Below are positions 36,540 through 48,025 of a stretch of DNA of 64,000 nucleotides, piece after piece; the stretch's first letter is position 1, and the number at the start of each line of letters is the position of its first letter. A program made the translations under genes and the position numbers. The DNA comes from Fistulifera solaris. Taxonomy: Eukaryota. Below the pieces are notes generated by a model. The model saw only the letters and a program-made list of their open reading frames with translations. It ran no database searches and had not been told where the DNA came from. The stretch lies in NCBI GenBank assembly GCA_030295235.1, contig AP026133.1, positions 558,001 to 622,000 of the forward strand, in the 5' to 3' direction.

Positions 36540-38765
36540 CTAAAGAAACCAAGGAGCCTGCTCTTCAACGTAACGTCGATCAAGCGCCCTCATGGTAGGC
36601 TTCATGAACTCTCGGGGACGTTCATCGTCTACTAGAACTAGACGCGCGTCTAGACGAACATGGCGAATCGGTCTCCCGTCAATGTTCATTCTGCAATCCA
36701 TGTCTGCTTCAGGTTCGTCACAATATTCCAAACTAATGTCTTCTTGATCGGCAAATACCTTTACTTTGCGCGCAGGACCACAAGCCGATTGAAGAGCGTT
36801 CTCTGCCAGCATCAGCTGCCAAAACCGACCACCAATGGCGTCCACAGCTAAATGAGCCGACACCCACTGAAAGGCTCCAGCCAATATGGATTGAACACCA
36901 CGGTCACCCCAACAGCCCGCTCTCCACACAACTGTTTGGTAGCCATTGCGCTCTCCCAAATGCTTCATTACATCAACGGGTTCACCCCCTTCTATAGTTT
37001 CAACAACAACACCATATTCTTCAAGTTGCGCTTTCAGTTTCTGCGTTTTTCCGAGTTCGTCTTGAATAAAAGACATTTCCGACTTTGCCAACTTTTCGTA
37101 TTCGATCGCGGCTTGTGCGCACCGTTCGGCGTCTCCGGACTCGATTGCCATGGCGGCGGCTTGTGCTAACTCCGCACATTTGGCTGCGGCGTTGGCAGCC
37201 GCCAAAGCGGCCGCTCTGGCTCGTTCATTCAAACCTCTGCGCAACAAAACTCGGGTCTTTTTGCGTCCCGTGGCTCTCCAGAAAGACTCAACATCGACAC
37301 TTCTGGGTAAATTGGGATCTTTGTTTGATAGTGGCAGCTCTGGTAAGTCTGTGGCGTCCATAACAATGATTCGTTCAACACCCGCAGGCAGCTCTTCACC
37401 ATGGGTAGCTAGCCATTTCAAGCCATTGAGCCGTGCTGTTACCGACGTGTCGTCCGTTGGTCCATTTCCGGCTTTGGGAAATGTCGCAACTACAGCATCT
37501 ACTTGTTCGTACCACGGCATCATAGGAGATCCCATAGTCACAGGATCGCTCTCCAAACTTTCCTCTTCAAAATCAACGTTGAAAAAGTCACCATCATCCC
37601 CTTCGGGTGTGGTATCGGCCCAAATAACTTCCGGTGGCGGAGCGATTTCAAAGCGGCCCAGATCACGGTAACTTAGCTTTTTTCCATCTATTTCGGTACC
37701 AAAGGCATTGCCGTGACGTGCAAACGCCTGCACATTGTCGGACGCGACTACGGAACAGTGCAAGAATCCCAGTGGTCGTTTGAACTGACGAAAGTTATTG
37801 CGTGCCATGCGATGCAACTTGGAATTGGCCAAAATAGCATGATCCTCGATCACCGCTTTGCACAACGATTCACATGCCGTTCCTACAAAAACATCAATAC
37901 CTGCCGCATGCAGAGCGGATGCTCCCTTGAGAGCACGGGATTGAACAGGATCAGCGCAACCGATCACCACCCGACGTACGCCGGTCAATTGAATCAATCG
38001 TGTCATCGGAGGCAGGGCCGTCCCCTGCCTTTCGTTAGATGGCTCCAGTGTCACGTAGAGAGTGGATTGCGACAGTTCCCGACGAAAGGTTTCGTCTTCG
38101 GGCCACGAAACGCACCATTCGGAAAGCGGAGTAATGGATAAGCCCGCGTTTTCGAAGCACGCCCTGACTGCATGTGTGTTGTAATCACTTCTCCCGTGTC
38201 CCATAATCTTGCCTTCCGCGGAAACTAAAACGGCACCAATATCGGGCTGCGGGAAGGGGGATGAATCACTGATTATAATATGTTAGACTTTGGTAGAGCG
38301 TGCACTGTATCCAACGGACACGACTTACCCGGTAATGGCAGCATCGATAGCAAGGTGCATGAACTCCTCATCGCGGGCACTTTGTGCTGGATCGACGGCA
38401 GTTTGCGGCTCCTCCAAATTTTCTAATCTTTCTTCTAGTTTCGAAGCGGGTCCTTCTTCTTTTTTCGTAGAAGTGTCTTCTGCTGGTATGCTCTCCGAAG
38501 TTTCTTGCATACTCTTGGATGCGGCGGTCTCGTCCTTTTCCTCAACAATCTTGTCGGTATTCTTCTTGCCTACAATATCCCCTAATGCTTCCTTCCCCGA
38601 AAGCCCATTGACATCTTCAACGGATTTCTTGGCCATGATTGGCTGCATTTGGACCGCAACATGGAACGGAGTCCGCCGCCAGTTAGAGGGGGTAAAAGCG
38701 AGACTGCAGGTGATCAGCCAAAGGCTAGCAATTAACCCATGGGGTAAAAGAGTGCGTTTCATCAT
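36540..38765 (-). CDS. Plastid-type RibD/PyrR-like protein with degenerate deaminase domain; intron 38328-38269
   Basis: Presequence ends CSLA-F. FMHLAIDAA...PFPQPDIGAVLV...G.G, YVTLEP, RRVVIGCADP and GASALHAAGIDV match the RibD deaminase scaffold. C-terminal VMKHLGER...VVWRAG is reductase-like. Confidence 0.75.
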
Positions 38766-39188
38766 TAGATTCGGCTTTCGAATTCCTCGTTTTAAATGAT
38801 ACTGAGTGGTAATTGACTAAAGAATCATAAAAATAGAATGGATTTGGAAAACTAATAGTGAATGATATGGATCAGTTTTTCGCGTGTCGCTGCTGACATC
38901 ACTCGTGACGCTCGTACGGCGACCGAACTAGGAATACTTTTTGGCGCCCTCTAGACTAGCCCTTTACCAGTATCATCTAAGTGTACTGATCAATAGCTTT
39001 TCATAAGATGCCGGTTGTCAAAAATAATATCAAAACCAACCTCATAAGTCCTTGTGTTGGTTCTTCCGACGTTAGACGAAGAGTGAATCGGGCAAGTTAT
39101 GCTTCGCCCCATTAGACCACAACAAACTGGATACTCTAACTATTATTACTATTTGATGAATCAATCGGCTGCTTTTGTCATTGCAGCT

Positions 39189-39853
39189 CTACTTTCCCTG
39201 AGCTGTCAGCCATTCCACTACTTGATCAATGTTCGTACATTGCAAGGCGGAGATTGGTAAAACAACCCAAGGCGTCTCCATGACATAATTCAGCTGCAAA
39301 GCCTCAATTAATTCCTGTTCACCGACATGATCGGGCAAATCGATTTTATTCGCCAGCACTAACAATGGCGTAGAGCCGATACTACCGTCGTCGAGTAATT
39401 TGTGCAATTCTTTTTTCGCGGCGGGTAGTTTGTTGGGTGCCGCTGCGTCCACTACATACAAGACAACGTCACATCCTTTCGTGTATCGAGACCATTCCGA
39501 CCGATATTGTTCCTGTCCTCCAATATCCCAGCATTTCATGTTCACTTGTCCCTTTTTAAAAACTTTGACATTGAGACCGATCGTCGGGACCGTTTCGACG
39601 GGTTCGCCATGTGCCAGAACGGATAGTAGAGTTGTTTTGCCACTGAATTACAAAGAATTAGTTATCAACAGAATGACAGATTCAAGAAAGGAAGAGACGT
39701 TTGTTTCAAACACATGAAGTTGAGCACGCAGTAAATGAACCAATCGCCAAAAATAGCACTTCGATCGCCTTACCTATTTTCTAGCCCAATTACCACTATG
39801 TCCAGCTTTTTCGTGTAAAATATTTCAAGTAATCGAGTTAGTAGAGCCCCCAT
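39189..39853 (-). CDS. ARF-family small GTPase, ARL8-like; intron 39773-39643
   Basis: Spliced MGALLTRLLEIF...GLENSGKTT, then TVPTIG, WDIGGQ, LANKID and ISA. Confidence 0.88.
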
Positions 39854-40265
39854 ATTGTTAATTTTGATTAATTAGCTTCTAGCACTCTTTTTAGGTTTTT
39901 TTATTATTCTGTTGTTTGCGTTTTGTGTCGTGTTTTTTTGTCGTCATGTTCGATGTTTTGTTATCCGGAAAATGACCATGTCGCATGGCGAGAAGCGGTT
40001 TTCATTTGCTAAGCACAGATACTGTTTGTATGGAGGATGGAATATAAAAATCTACCAGTATAAACTTTTGTGTAAGCGACCTTTTCCCCCGACTCGATAT
40101 CACTTATCAGTCACGAAAAGGGTCCATCAAAATGTATTGCGTCGTAGGACCTGTGTCGTAGAACCCCACCTGAAGGAATCAAAACACGAGATCATTTATT
40201 TTACAAGTGCATACTATCCGTAGCGTCAATGCGTTTTATAGAACGCTGGAGTTCGTGCTTCTATT

Positions 40266-41585
40266 CTAAGCGGTGGTCCCCTGACAGCTGGACCCCATAC
40301 CCGCCGTACAACCAAAGCAATGATTGTCGGTGCGAATCTTGTACTCCCGTAAATCAAAGGAATCAATGTCAAAGACCGAAAGATTATCCTTCAGTCCATA
40401 CCCTAGCTGCTGATTGAAATCGCAATCAAACAATTTTCCATCATAACCAACACTCACCAAATCACGACACATCAGCGTATCGAGTGTATCGGCATTAAAA
40501 TTTCGTACCAACAAGTCCATGTAGTCCTTCAGTTCATCGCGTCGGTGCAAGAAATCGGCAAACCGCTTAATCGGCATATTCGTAATGGTAAACAAGGAAT
40601 TGAACAAGATGCCAAAATTCTCTTCCAGTTGTTCCTTGTAAACGGTTTCCAGTTTTCCCTGCTCCGGCGGCAAAAAGGCACCCAAAGGATTGTAGACCAG
40701 ATCCAAACCCAGTGCTTCGTCTTTGCCGTAACCAGCTTCGTTCAATGCCAGCAAAGCCGCAATCGACCGCTCAAAGACACCATTCCCTCGCTGCTGATTG
40801 ACATTCTCTGACGAGTAACAAGGTAGACTCGCAATGACACGTACGCGATGATTTTTCAAAAAGTCAATCAAATCCTCTTGACCCGGCTCTTGCAAGACGG
40901 TTAAATTGCAACGATCGATGATTTCCAAATCGGGCCGCATGGAACGTGCCATGCTGACCAAGTAACGGAATTGCGAATTCAATTCGGGTGCTCCACCCGT
41001 TATATCGAGTGTTTCAATCGAAGGCGTTTTCATAAGCAAGTCCAGACACTGTGCCGCTGTTTCGGCCGTCATCATTTCTTGTTTGCGGAGTGGTGAACTC
41101 TCGACGTGACAATGATCACAGGCTTGATTGCAGTACAAACCAATGTTCAATTGTAAAATGGTGGGTAATTTACGATCAAAGTTGGCAGGTAAGAAATCGG
41201 AAAAGCGTTTGACTCCCAAATCATTGAGAGCGCGGCGACGCAGTGTGCGTTCTTCTTTGCTCATGAGAATGGGTTTCGGTTTAGTAGATGAATCTTCCAT
41301 GCCAGCCAGTGTTTGCTCGACGAGCGATTGTCCAAACAAGTCCTTGCGACGCCATTTTTGGGTCTTTTCGACACGAATCTTGTCAATTTCGACTGGTGTT
41401 TTTCCATAGTCAGGAAAATCGGATCGAGATGTGGAGGAAGTATTGCTACGATTTTCTTGAGTGGAAGATTGCAGTGCACTTGATGTTGCAGAGGTTGTGA
41501 AGAATCGAGCACGTCGTTGAGGGGCCGTGAAGCCGGAAGCCACGGAAAGCCACGACAGTAGTAGCGCCGAGAAAGAAAGCCGCAT
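40266..41585 (-). CDS. arsS: Radical SAM protein of the ArsS (arsenosugar biosynthesis)/DUF3641 family, with plastid-type presequence
   Basis: CNQACDHCHVESSP (CxxxCxxC), DITGGAPEL, IDRCNLTV, ASLPCY, ITNMPIKRF, DCDFNQ and HCFGCTAGMGSSC. Presequence ends VASG-F. Confidence 0.85.
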   Translation of the reverse strand: MRLSFSALLLSWLSVASGFTAPQRRARFFTTSATSSALQSSTQENRSNTSSTSRSDFPDYGKTPVEIDKIRVEKTQKWRRKDLFGQSLVEQTLAGMEDSSTKPKPILMSKEERTLRRRALNDLGVKRFSDFLPANFDRKLPTILQLNIGLYCNQACDHCHVESSPLRKQEMMTAETAAQCLDLLMKTPSIETLDITGGAPELNSQFRYLVSMARSMRPDLEIIDRCNLTVLQEPGQEDLIDFLKNHRVRVIASLPCYSSENVNQQRGNGVFERSIAALLALNEAGYGKDEALGLDLVYNPLGAFLPPEQGKLETVYKEQLEENFGILFNSLFTITNMPIKRFADFLHRRDELKDYMDLLVRNFNADTLDTLMCRDLVSVGYDGKLFDCDFNQQLGYGLKDNLSVFDIDSFDLREYKIRTDNHCFGCTAGMGSSCQGTTA

Positions 41586-41691
41586 GAGTGAGAATGAATG
41601 AATGAATAAACGAAAGGGACTGAATGATAATAGATTATGATGGTTGCAACTGTATTTTTTACGTAATCAACAGATCTTTACCTGGAAACGG

Positions 41692-41755
41692 CGTTAAAAT
41701 TCAGCCTCGTCGTGGAGGCTACGTAGAAGCTTCTACTGGAGGCAGAATTTTAACG
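41692..41755. repeat. Nested inverted-repeat element in a divergent intergenic region
   Basis: CGTTAAAATTC (41692-41702) pairs perfectly with GAATTTTAACG (41745-41755), extendable to 16/17 bp. Internal palindrome GTAGAAGCTTCTAC at 41723-41736. Confidence 0.75.
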
Positions 41756-42026
41756 TCCTTACCTGGTATTGTCCGAAATTTTTTTACCTTCTTTTTCTGC
41801 GTCAGATTTGATTGGTTTCCATGGACGCCGCACTGGTATCCAAACCATTGCGACTATACCTCACTTTCACGTCAACTGTGCTTGCAACAGTGGAGTTGAC
41901 ATCCAAGTGATTCAGGCCAACCCAGTCCCGTGGAGCGAAATCAACCATATTATTTTACGGAGTCATCATTGTACTTTGCCTTGTCAAATCGTAACTTCAG
42001 ACCGCTTCACTTCATATTGCCTCACA

Positions 42027-42409
42027 ATGGGAAATCAACCGAGTTCCGCGACAGAGAATCCGTCCTCGGAGCCGCCAACTCTCGACGATACGGCAGCAGC
42101 GAACGTGCCTCCGTCAACGCGCTTGGATACGACACAAATCACTCGCCCCCAAAAGAAACGCGAGGGCATGGCATTGATTCAATACCGGTGTCGATCCTCC
42201 AAAGCCAAGTATGAGAAGTGCGTTTCCGATTGGTACGGTAATGAATTTATGAAAGGCGATTACGCGAATCAAGAAGAGGCGTGTGGGGACTTCTTTGAAA
42301 TGTACAAAAATGCGTCTTAAAAGGCGTACGGAAAGAATTCTGGGGCAACAAGAAGGAAAAACCCAAAGAAGGTAGCTTTTTGTCTGAGCTGGAAGATGAC
42401 GAGGAGTAA
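42027..42409 (+). CDS. Mdm35/TRIAP1-like twin Cx9C mitochondrial intermembrane-space protein; frameshift ~42308
   Basis: CRSSKAKYEKCVSDWYGNEFMKG...CGDFFEMYKKCVLKG once one A is restored. Confidence 0.75.
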
Positions 42410-42497
42410 GATTGTACCAAGGATGTGTTGCAAATAGAAAAATATAGAATGGCACTACAACTACAACCTATTTGACTCGCGAAACGATTCTTATTAT

Positions 42498-43407
42498 TTA
42501 CATGGAACGCAAAAGACCTCTCGCTCTGCTGGAATTTGGTCGAGCCTGCACGAACAAATTGTCTTCCCCCTGTTTGGTGTATTCTGACGTCGGGATCAAG
42601 ATACAGGACATCAAAGAACGCCTTGGGCGGCTTGGGCCCACTCTTTCGCCGCAACAAACGCGATGCCCACACCAGCAATCGCGTCAAAAACGTGGCTGGA
42701 ACGGGAATGTACAGTGACCATCGTTTGGGAATGAAAAAGAATCGACGAAAGGTGATTTTGGCGTATCGAAATTCCAAGGCTACGCGTTGTGGATTAATTG
42801 CCGTGGCTTTGATTTTGACGAGTAATTGTTCGATGATTCCGGGTTTGTTTTTGACGTTAGCACCCGGAATGAAGTCAATGATATTCGACATCCATCCGCT
42901 AACAGCATCCACTTCATTTCGAATAATGGCATCGCCGCGCTTGGAATTTTTGGAAAAGGCAGCATCGGCTGCTGTACTAAAGAGCAATTTCCAAGGTCCG
43001 TGTAAAGGACATTCTTCGGCGGCTTGTGGTGTCCCCCAAGCACGCGTGGCTTCTTGGGTGGGATTACAAGTGGCTAATTGGTGACATATGTTCGTGATAT
43101 CGTCCGCGACGACGCCCGTGGCATCGGAAATGGCATAAAAATTCACTTTTTGCGGGGCACGCGTTTGTGGATCGAGTTCACCACCTTTGACACCGTACTC
43201 AATGCTTGTTGGCGTAGTACCATCTAGTGCTTGAATGGCACGTAGTAGATCTATTTTCTGGAATAGTTGGGTTTTTAAGGCTTCGGCGTCATGGGATGCG
43301 CTCTCGATTCGTGTTGTGGTAAGGGGTCGCCGTGCGTGCGTCGGAGAAACAAACGAATGAACGTTTGCAATGATAGTATGAAAGAGCGAAAGTACTATGA
43401 ACTTCAA
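42498..43407 (-). CDS. PAP/fibrillin plastid lipid-associated protein; frameshift ~42568
   Basis: Presequence ends VHS-F. NPT, GPWKLLFSTA and FDVLYLDPDVRIHQTG-EDNLFVQAR. Confidence 0.8.
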
Positions 43408-43874
43408 TTGTATGAGTCGTTTATTTTGTCTTTTTCGTTAGCATGTAAATTGAATGTGTTGTCGAGAGTCTCGTCGTCGTCACTAATACTTGGTAGGCAA
43501 CGCACTGATTGGGCAAGTGTTGTGGATGTTGTGACCAAATCGGCGACGGATTTGTCGCAGTCCTCGGGACGAGTTTTGAGTCAGCTGATGTCACATAGTC
43601 AAGAAGCTTACTTTACTGTATCAAAACAAGTTTGCTACAATTTGGCCCACATTTTCTCCAAAACTCCCTTCACACCGTTTCTGCTTCTGCCCCGCCCTCA
43701 GATTCGTTGGTTGCGCGCGCCGCCGCCAGATTTGATTTCGCTCGCATCGCTCGCTCATCTTCTTTCCATCGATCAGGAAGCAATGCTTCCTATGCATAAA
43801 ATAGTCATAACGTGCTTTGCTTGTCTTCCCTATAAAAACATACTAAATTCGTTTGAAAGTATTTGTCATAAAGA

Positions 43875-45538
43875 ATGGGAAAAACACGAGTTGGAGCTAT
43901 TGTGCGCGAAGCGGTCGGTACCAAAGGCAGTGCCAACAATCAGAGTGCAGATCTGCAAGCTCTGACCGAAAAATACCGAATGTTCTGTAAGAATGTCAAA
44001 GGCCTGGTAAACTCGTTGCAACAACATCATGCTACTTTGGCTCAAATCGGGAAAACACGCTTAGCGGTACGTTTCTTTGCTGTACTTTTGTCGTTACAAA
44101 AATACTTCGTAAAACTTTTCGGATCTTTGATGCGACGCACTTTTGCTCACGTGCTTTGTATCCTTCAGGTGGCTCAAAGTGTCGCGCTTTTTAGCAAGAA
44201 CACTCCTTTGTGGGATGCTGGAGGGCAAATGCCTGGTGCCGATCGTCCAGCAGAGACAGTGTGTTCGTATGCATCGATTCATGATAAACTCGCCGCTAAA
44301 CATAACGGCTACGTGCAAAAGTATCAACAATTTGTCTTGCAATACGTTGTAGAATGGGAAAAAACCGTCACTACACGCGTCGAGAACGGTTTGAAAAAGG
44401 TTGAAGAACAGCGTCGGGAATTGAATCACTACCAAAAGAAGGTAGAAACACTGCGAACATCTTCCAACAAAGTCCTGACGTCCGGAAAATCACTAAAGGG
44501 AGAACAAGCCGAAAAGTTGAAACGCAACGAAGAAAAATTGATTACGGCCAAGCAATCGTACAATAAAATGTCGTCGGCATTGTGCATTCTGATGGATGAG
44601 ATTTCGGAGCGATATTGGCGTGACTTGCATCCCGTCATGATCAAGGCAACGCAATTCGATATGACAATTGCGTCGGATGAAGCCAAGATTACGGCCGAAT
44701 TGAATCAGGTGGTCTCGAAATTGAAGCAAGTGGCCGATCAGAATGGAATTACCGCTCAGGATCGTCTCAAAGATTTGGGTAGTTTGAATCCGGAATTGTT
44801 GTCGACGCGACCCGGCGGTGTGGCCGGATTTGCGGCACTCGAAGCGGATACGTCGATGCCGTTGGGTGGGTCTCCGTCCAGTGGAGGTATTTTCGGAACA
44901 GGAGGTGTCATTAGTCGCGACTCGTCGTTTGGAAGTTTCGACGTACCCCCGACGAGTGGAAACAGCAGCGGCTTTAATCCGATTCCGGCCATGGCCACCA
45001 TATCGCTTCAACAGCAATTGGCACCACCACCAACGCTCGATGATGTATACGGCAGTTCCATGTATGGGGCTCCTCCTGCTGCTCCGTACAATCCATCTGC
45101 ATCGTTTTCGGCTCCGCCTATGATCTCGTCGTTTGGTTCGGGCAGTTTCAGCGCGGATAGTACTTCCGGAGGAGCAGCGCCGCCCCGGCCGGTCCTCCTC
45201 CGCCGCCTCCACCGGGTGGTTATGGTCAAGCGATGGTATCCGCACCCGCCAGTATGTCCAGTCCCTATGCTTTGGATCCGTATGCGACGGCTCCTGCCCC
45301 GTCTTGGGGTGCTCCACCGACACCCAGCTCGCAATATTCCATGCCCCCGCCCCCGAACAACTTTGCTTCGGCATCTCCATCGTCGTCGTATGGAGCACCA
45401 CCGCCATCGTATGGAGCACCACCACCATCGTATGGGGGTCCGCCCGCGTATGGCAATGCACCTCCTCCGTACGGAGCACCGCCCAGTCCTTATGGGGCAC
45501 CACCGCCAGCGGCCAATAGCAACCCGTTCCATTACTAA
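43875..45538 (+). CDS. BAR-domain protein with Pro-rich tail; in-frame intron 44067-44168, frameshift ~45186
   Basis: Helical region RRELNHYQKKVETL...KLKRNEEKLITAKQSY, followed by YGAPPP repeats and terminal NPFHY. Confidence 0.75.
45387..45508 (+). repeat. Coding 21-bp tandem repeat (SYGAPPP-like, ~6 degenerate units)
   Basis: cgtatggagcaccaccgccat cgtatggagcaccaccaccat cgtatgggggtccgcccg... Confidence 0.75.
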
Positions 45539-45666
45539 ATGAATGCGAATTATAATACCATTTCCACTACTATAAATACATTTTGCATCTCAGTTAGGAC
45601 TGTCTCATACTCAACGTATTTATTACGTAAATCGTTTTTCTTGTTTAACAACCCATGTGTGTACTA

Positions 45667-47048
45667 TTAAGGAAATCGTTGCACCGCCAAGGTGCTTCCG
45701 TATTCTTCATACTCCGCCTGACTCAACCACAATTGTTGGAAGCTACCCAAACTTGTCAATATACTTCCTCCAATCCACCCCGCCGATGTTCGTTCTTCCA
45801 AATAAGGACTGCAATGAATTTTGGGCGTAAATGCACTGGGCCAACGCAATCGACTGGACAAGGCGGGTGCTAATTGCGAGACTCCAGCCATTCCTCCCAC
45901 GAGAAGTATTTGGGAGGCCAGTTCTTTTCGCATGGGCACGTCACCTACTGCACTGAGCGATTCGTGTAGCAATTGATGCAACGGGGCATTTGAGAGTGTG
46001 GCATGGGGCGGCATAGTCGAGGAGGACTCGATAAAGGGTGTCGAGTCAGAAAACAAAAGTTCATGAACTTGACACATATCTTGTGATACATTCAAAGTCG
46101 TTCCATCCGGTAACTGATATCCCAACGGCGTCGTGGTATCCTCCAACGATGGCGAGGAAAAGGGTACATTCGTCGGTGGTGTCAGCGAAAGAGGCCACGT
46201 GTATTCACTGGTCCGAAATTCTTGAAACAAATCTTGCATGGCCCACCGATGGAAGGCCGAATTGTTGTTTGCTGACGACGTAGTCTGTCTGATTTGATAC
46301 CGCGGACGCAGTGTCGCTTGTTGTGACAAGGCCGCATGCCACAAAACATGATCCAACCAATCCCCACCTCGCCCATTTCGGCGTTGCGCTTGTTTCAACA
46401 CTAATCCATCGACGAGCGGTGTCACCCGACATCCTCCCGCCCCAAATCGACCACAGTCGCCGTTGACCGTCCCATAGCAAAGGCAGCCAACATAGGTGTG
46501 GGTGCCACAAAGAGTGCCGGACATTGCCAAGTTTCCATACATAATTCGGTCATTTGTTGAATCTGTTTGCGTTGATTGCTGGGACTGGCCAAGTCGGTAC
46601 ATCCCGGTGCAACAAGCAATAACGGATGCACAACGGGTTGATCGAGAGTACACGAATCATCGTTCATGGCCTCACTCTTTGTCTCGGTGTTCTTCGTTTT
46701 CAAAGATACGGGACGACTGCGATGTTTCGTCGCGTGCCGCACCATCATTCGTTCCAGTGCTTGTTCCCAGACACTTTGATAGGCATCCCAATCATACACA
46801 CATTCCCCTTGCGATAAATACGCCACCGGATCAATCAGAGGTGCATCATCTTTCATCGACGGTGGTTGCATCACGGTGCGAATCTCTGTCACTGGTGATT
46901 TGTAACACGAGGAAAGGACCTTCCCCGATGCCTCCACGCCTCGGGAAGAAACGACGTAACGGGGTGCATCATCCCCGCCGTACCCAAAACGAGCCACGTG
47001 ACTGCCCACATCGCCCACAAACGAACCAGTTTCGTCGCCGCAGTACAT
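45667..47048 (-). CDS. ARP4: Nuclear actin-related protein, ARP4/ACTL6-like; frameshift ~46440
   Basis: MYCGDETGSFVGDVGSHVARFGYGGDDAP, VVDLGAGGCRVTPLVDG, YQLPDG and WIGGSILTSLGSFQQLWLSQAEYEEYG. Confidence 0.85.
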
Positions 47049-47383
47049 TTTGAATGTCAAAAAAAAGAAGTGTCGAAAATACTAGTAGGAAAAGGCGAGA
47101 AGAAGTAAAGTTTGCGGTGTGCTGTATTTATCATCAACTCGAGTTACAAATACTGCGAAAAAGTGGGAAAAAAACGCACTCGGCATCATCGTCATAGGGA
47201 TAAGGATACCAGTCGAAGGAACGAGGCAAGAAAACAATTTCGAAGCGTTTTGACGTAAAGTATCAATGCGTGCATGGCAATTGTTGCTAAGAACGATTGG
47301 ATAATGATAAAGAAATAGGTAGCTCAGCAAATTTGCAGAATGAACGGAGTAGAAAGTAACATAATCTAGCTTGGAAAAATCAC

Positions 47384-47436
47384 GATTCATGACTGAAATG
47401 CAGTCGTGACGAAAAACCGTCAACACTTTGGACTAT
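47384..47436 (+). repeat. Dispersed ~55-bp intergenic element, copy A
   Basis: GATTCATGACTGAAATGCAGTCGT...CAACACTTTGGACTAT. The first 24 nt are identical at 53733. Confidence 0.75.
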
Positions 47437-47598
47437 ACCACGTGCTAAACTGAAGGAAATAATAGGAGGACGATTTTCACAAGGCGTCTCGACGTAACAA
47501 ATTGATGCGTGCATTGCAACTGCTGTTAGAAGAAGCACAATAAATATAGCAGCAGAACGGAAGTAAAATAACATTTTCTTGCTCGGAAGTATATCGAT

Positions 47599-47652
47599 GA
47601 TTCATGATTGAATGCAATCGTGAAAACAAGGTCGCCTCAACATTGGTCTATT
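47599..47652 (+). repeat. Dispersed ~55-bp intergenic element, copy B
   Basis: GATTCATGATTGAATGCAATCGTGAAAACAAGGTCGCCTCAACATTGGTCTATT. Confidence 0.65.
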
Positions 47653-48025
47653 ACACTACGTAGTAAATAAGGAAGAAATGGTTCTCACACCAAGCTATTC
47701 GATATAAATTCAATCTTACAGTGATAATGCCGTGCTATGAACAATTGAATTATGATGCAAATGACTGGAGCTCATTATTGAATTCATGACTAAAACTGAA
47801 GTCGTGGCAGAGTTTAGACTACAATTTAGTCTATAGTAAATACTGAAAAGACGTCCAAACGCAAAAAATCCAACACATGCAACCTCGCCAAGAAACTCCC
47901 ACAATATATTACTCGTATTTGCTTTCCGCTTTCGTCCTCTATCGTAAACCAATTATCATCCATTGAATTTCATTTGAAAGAATTGAATTTGCTTCTTGCT
48001 TACTCTCCAAACGGTTTGGTTCCTC

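Noticed and set aside
40266..40290. Possible selenocysteine in the ArsS-like C-terminus
   Set aside because: The codon is TGT (Cys) and the ORF has no in-frame TGA.
43291..43965. 224-aa ORF spanning the fibrillin/BAR divergent region
   Set aside because: Overlaps two supported genes and their promoter, and has no recognisable motif.
44493..45532. Long antisense and alternate-frame ORFs (336, 174, 128 aa)
   Set aside because: Shadows of the GC-rich Pro/Gly repeat tail of the BAR gene.
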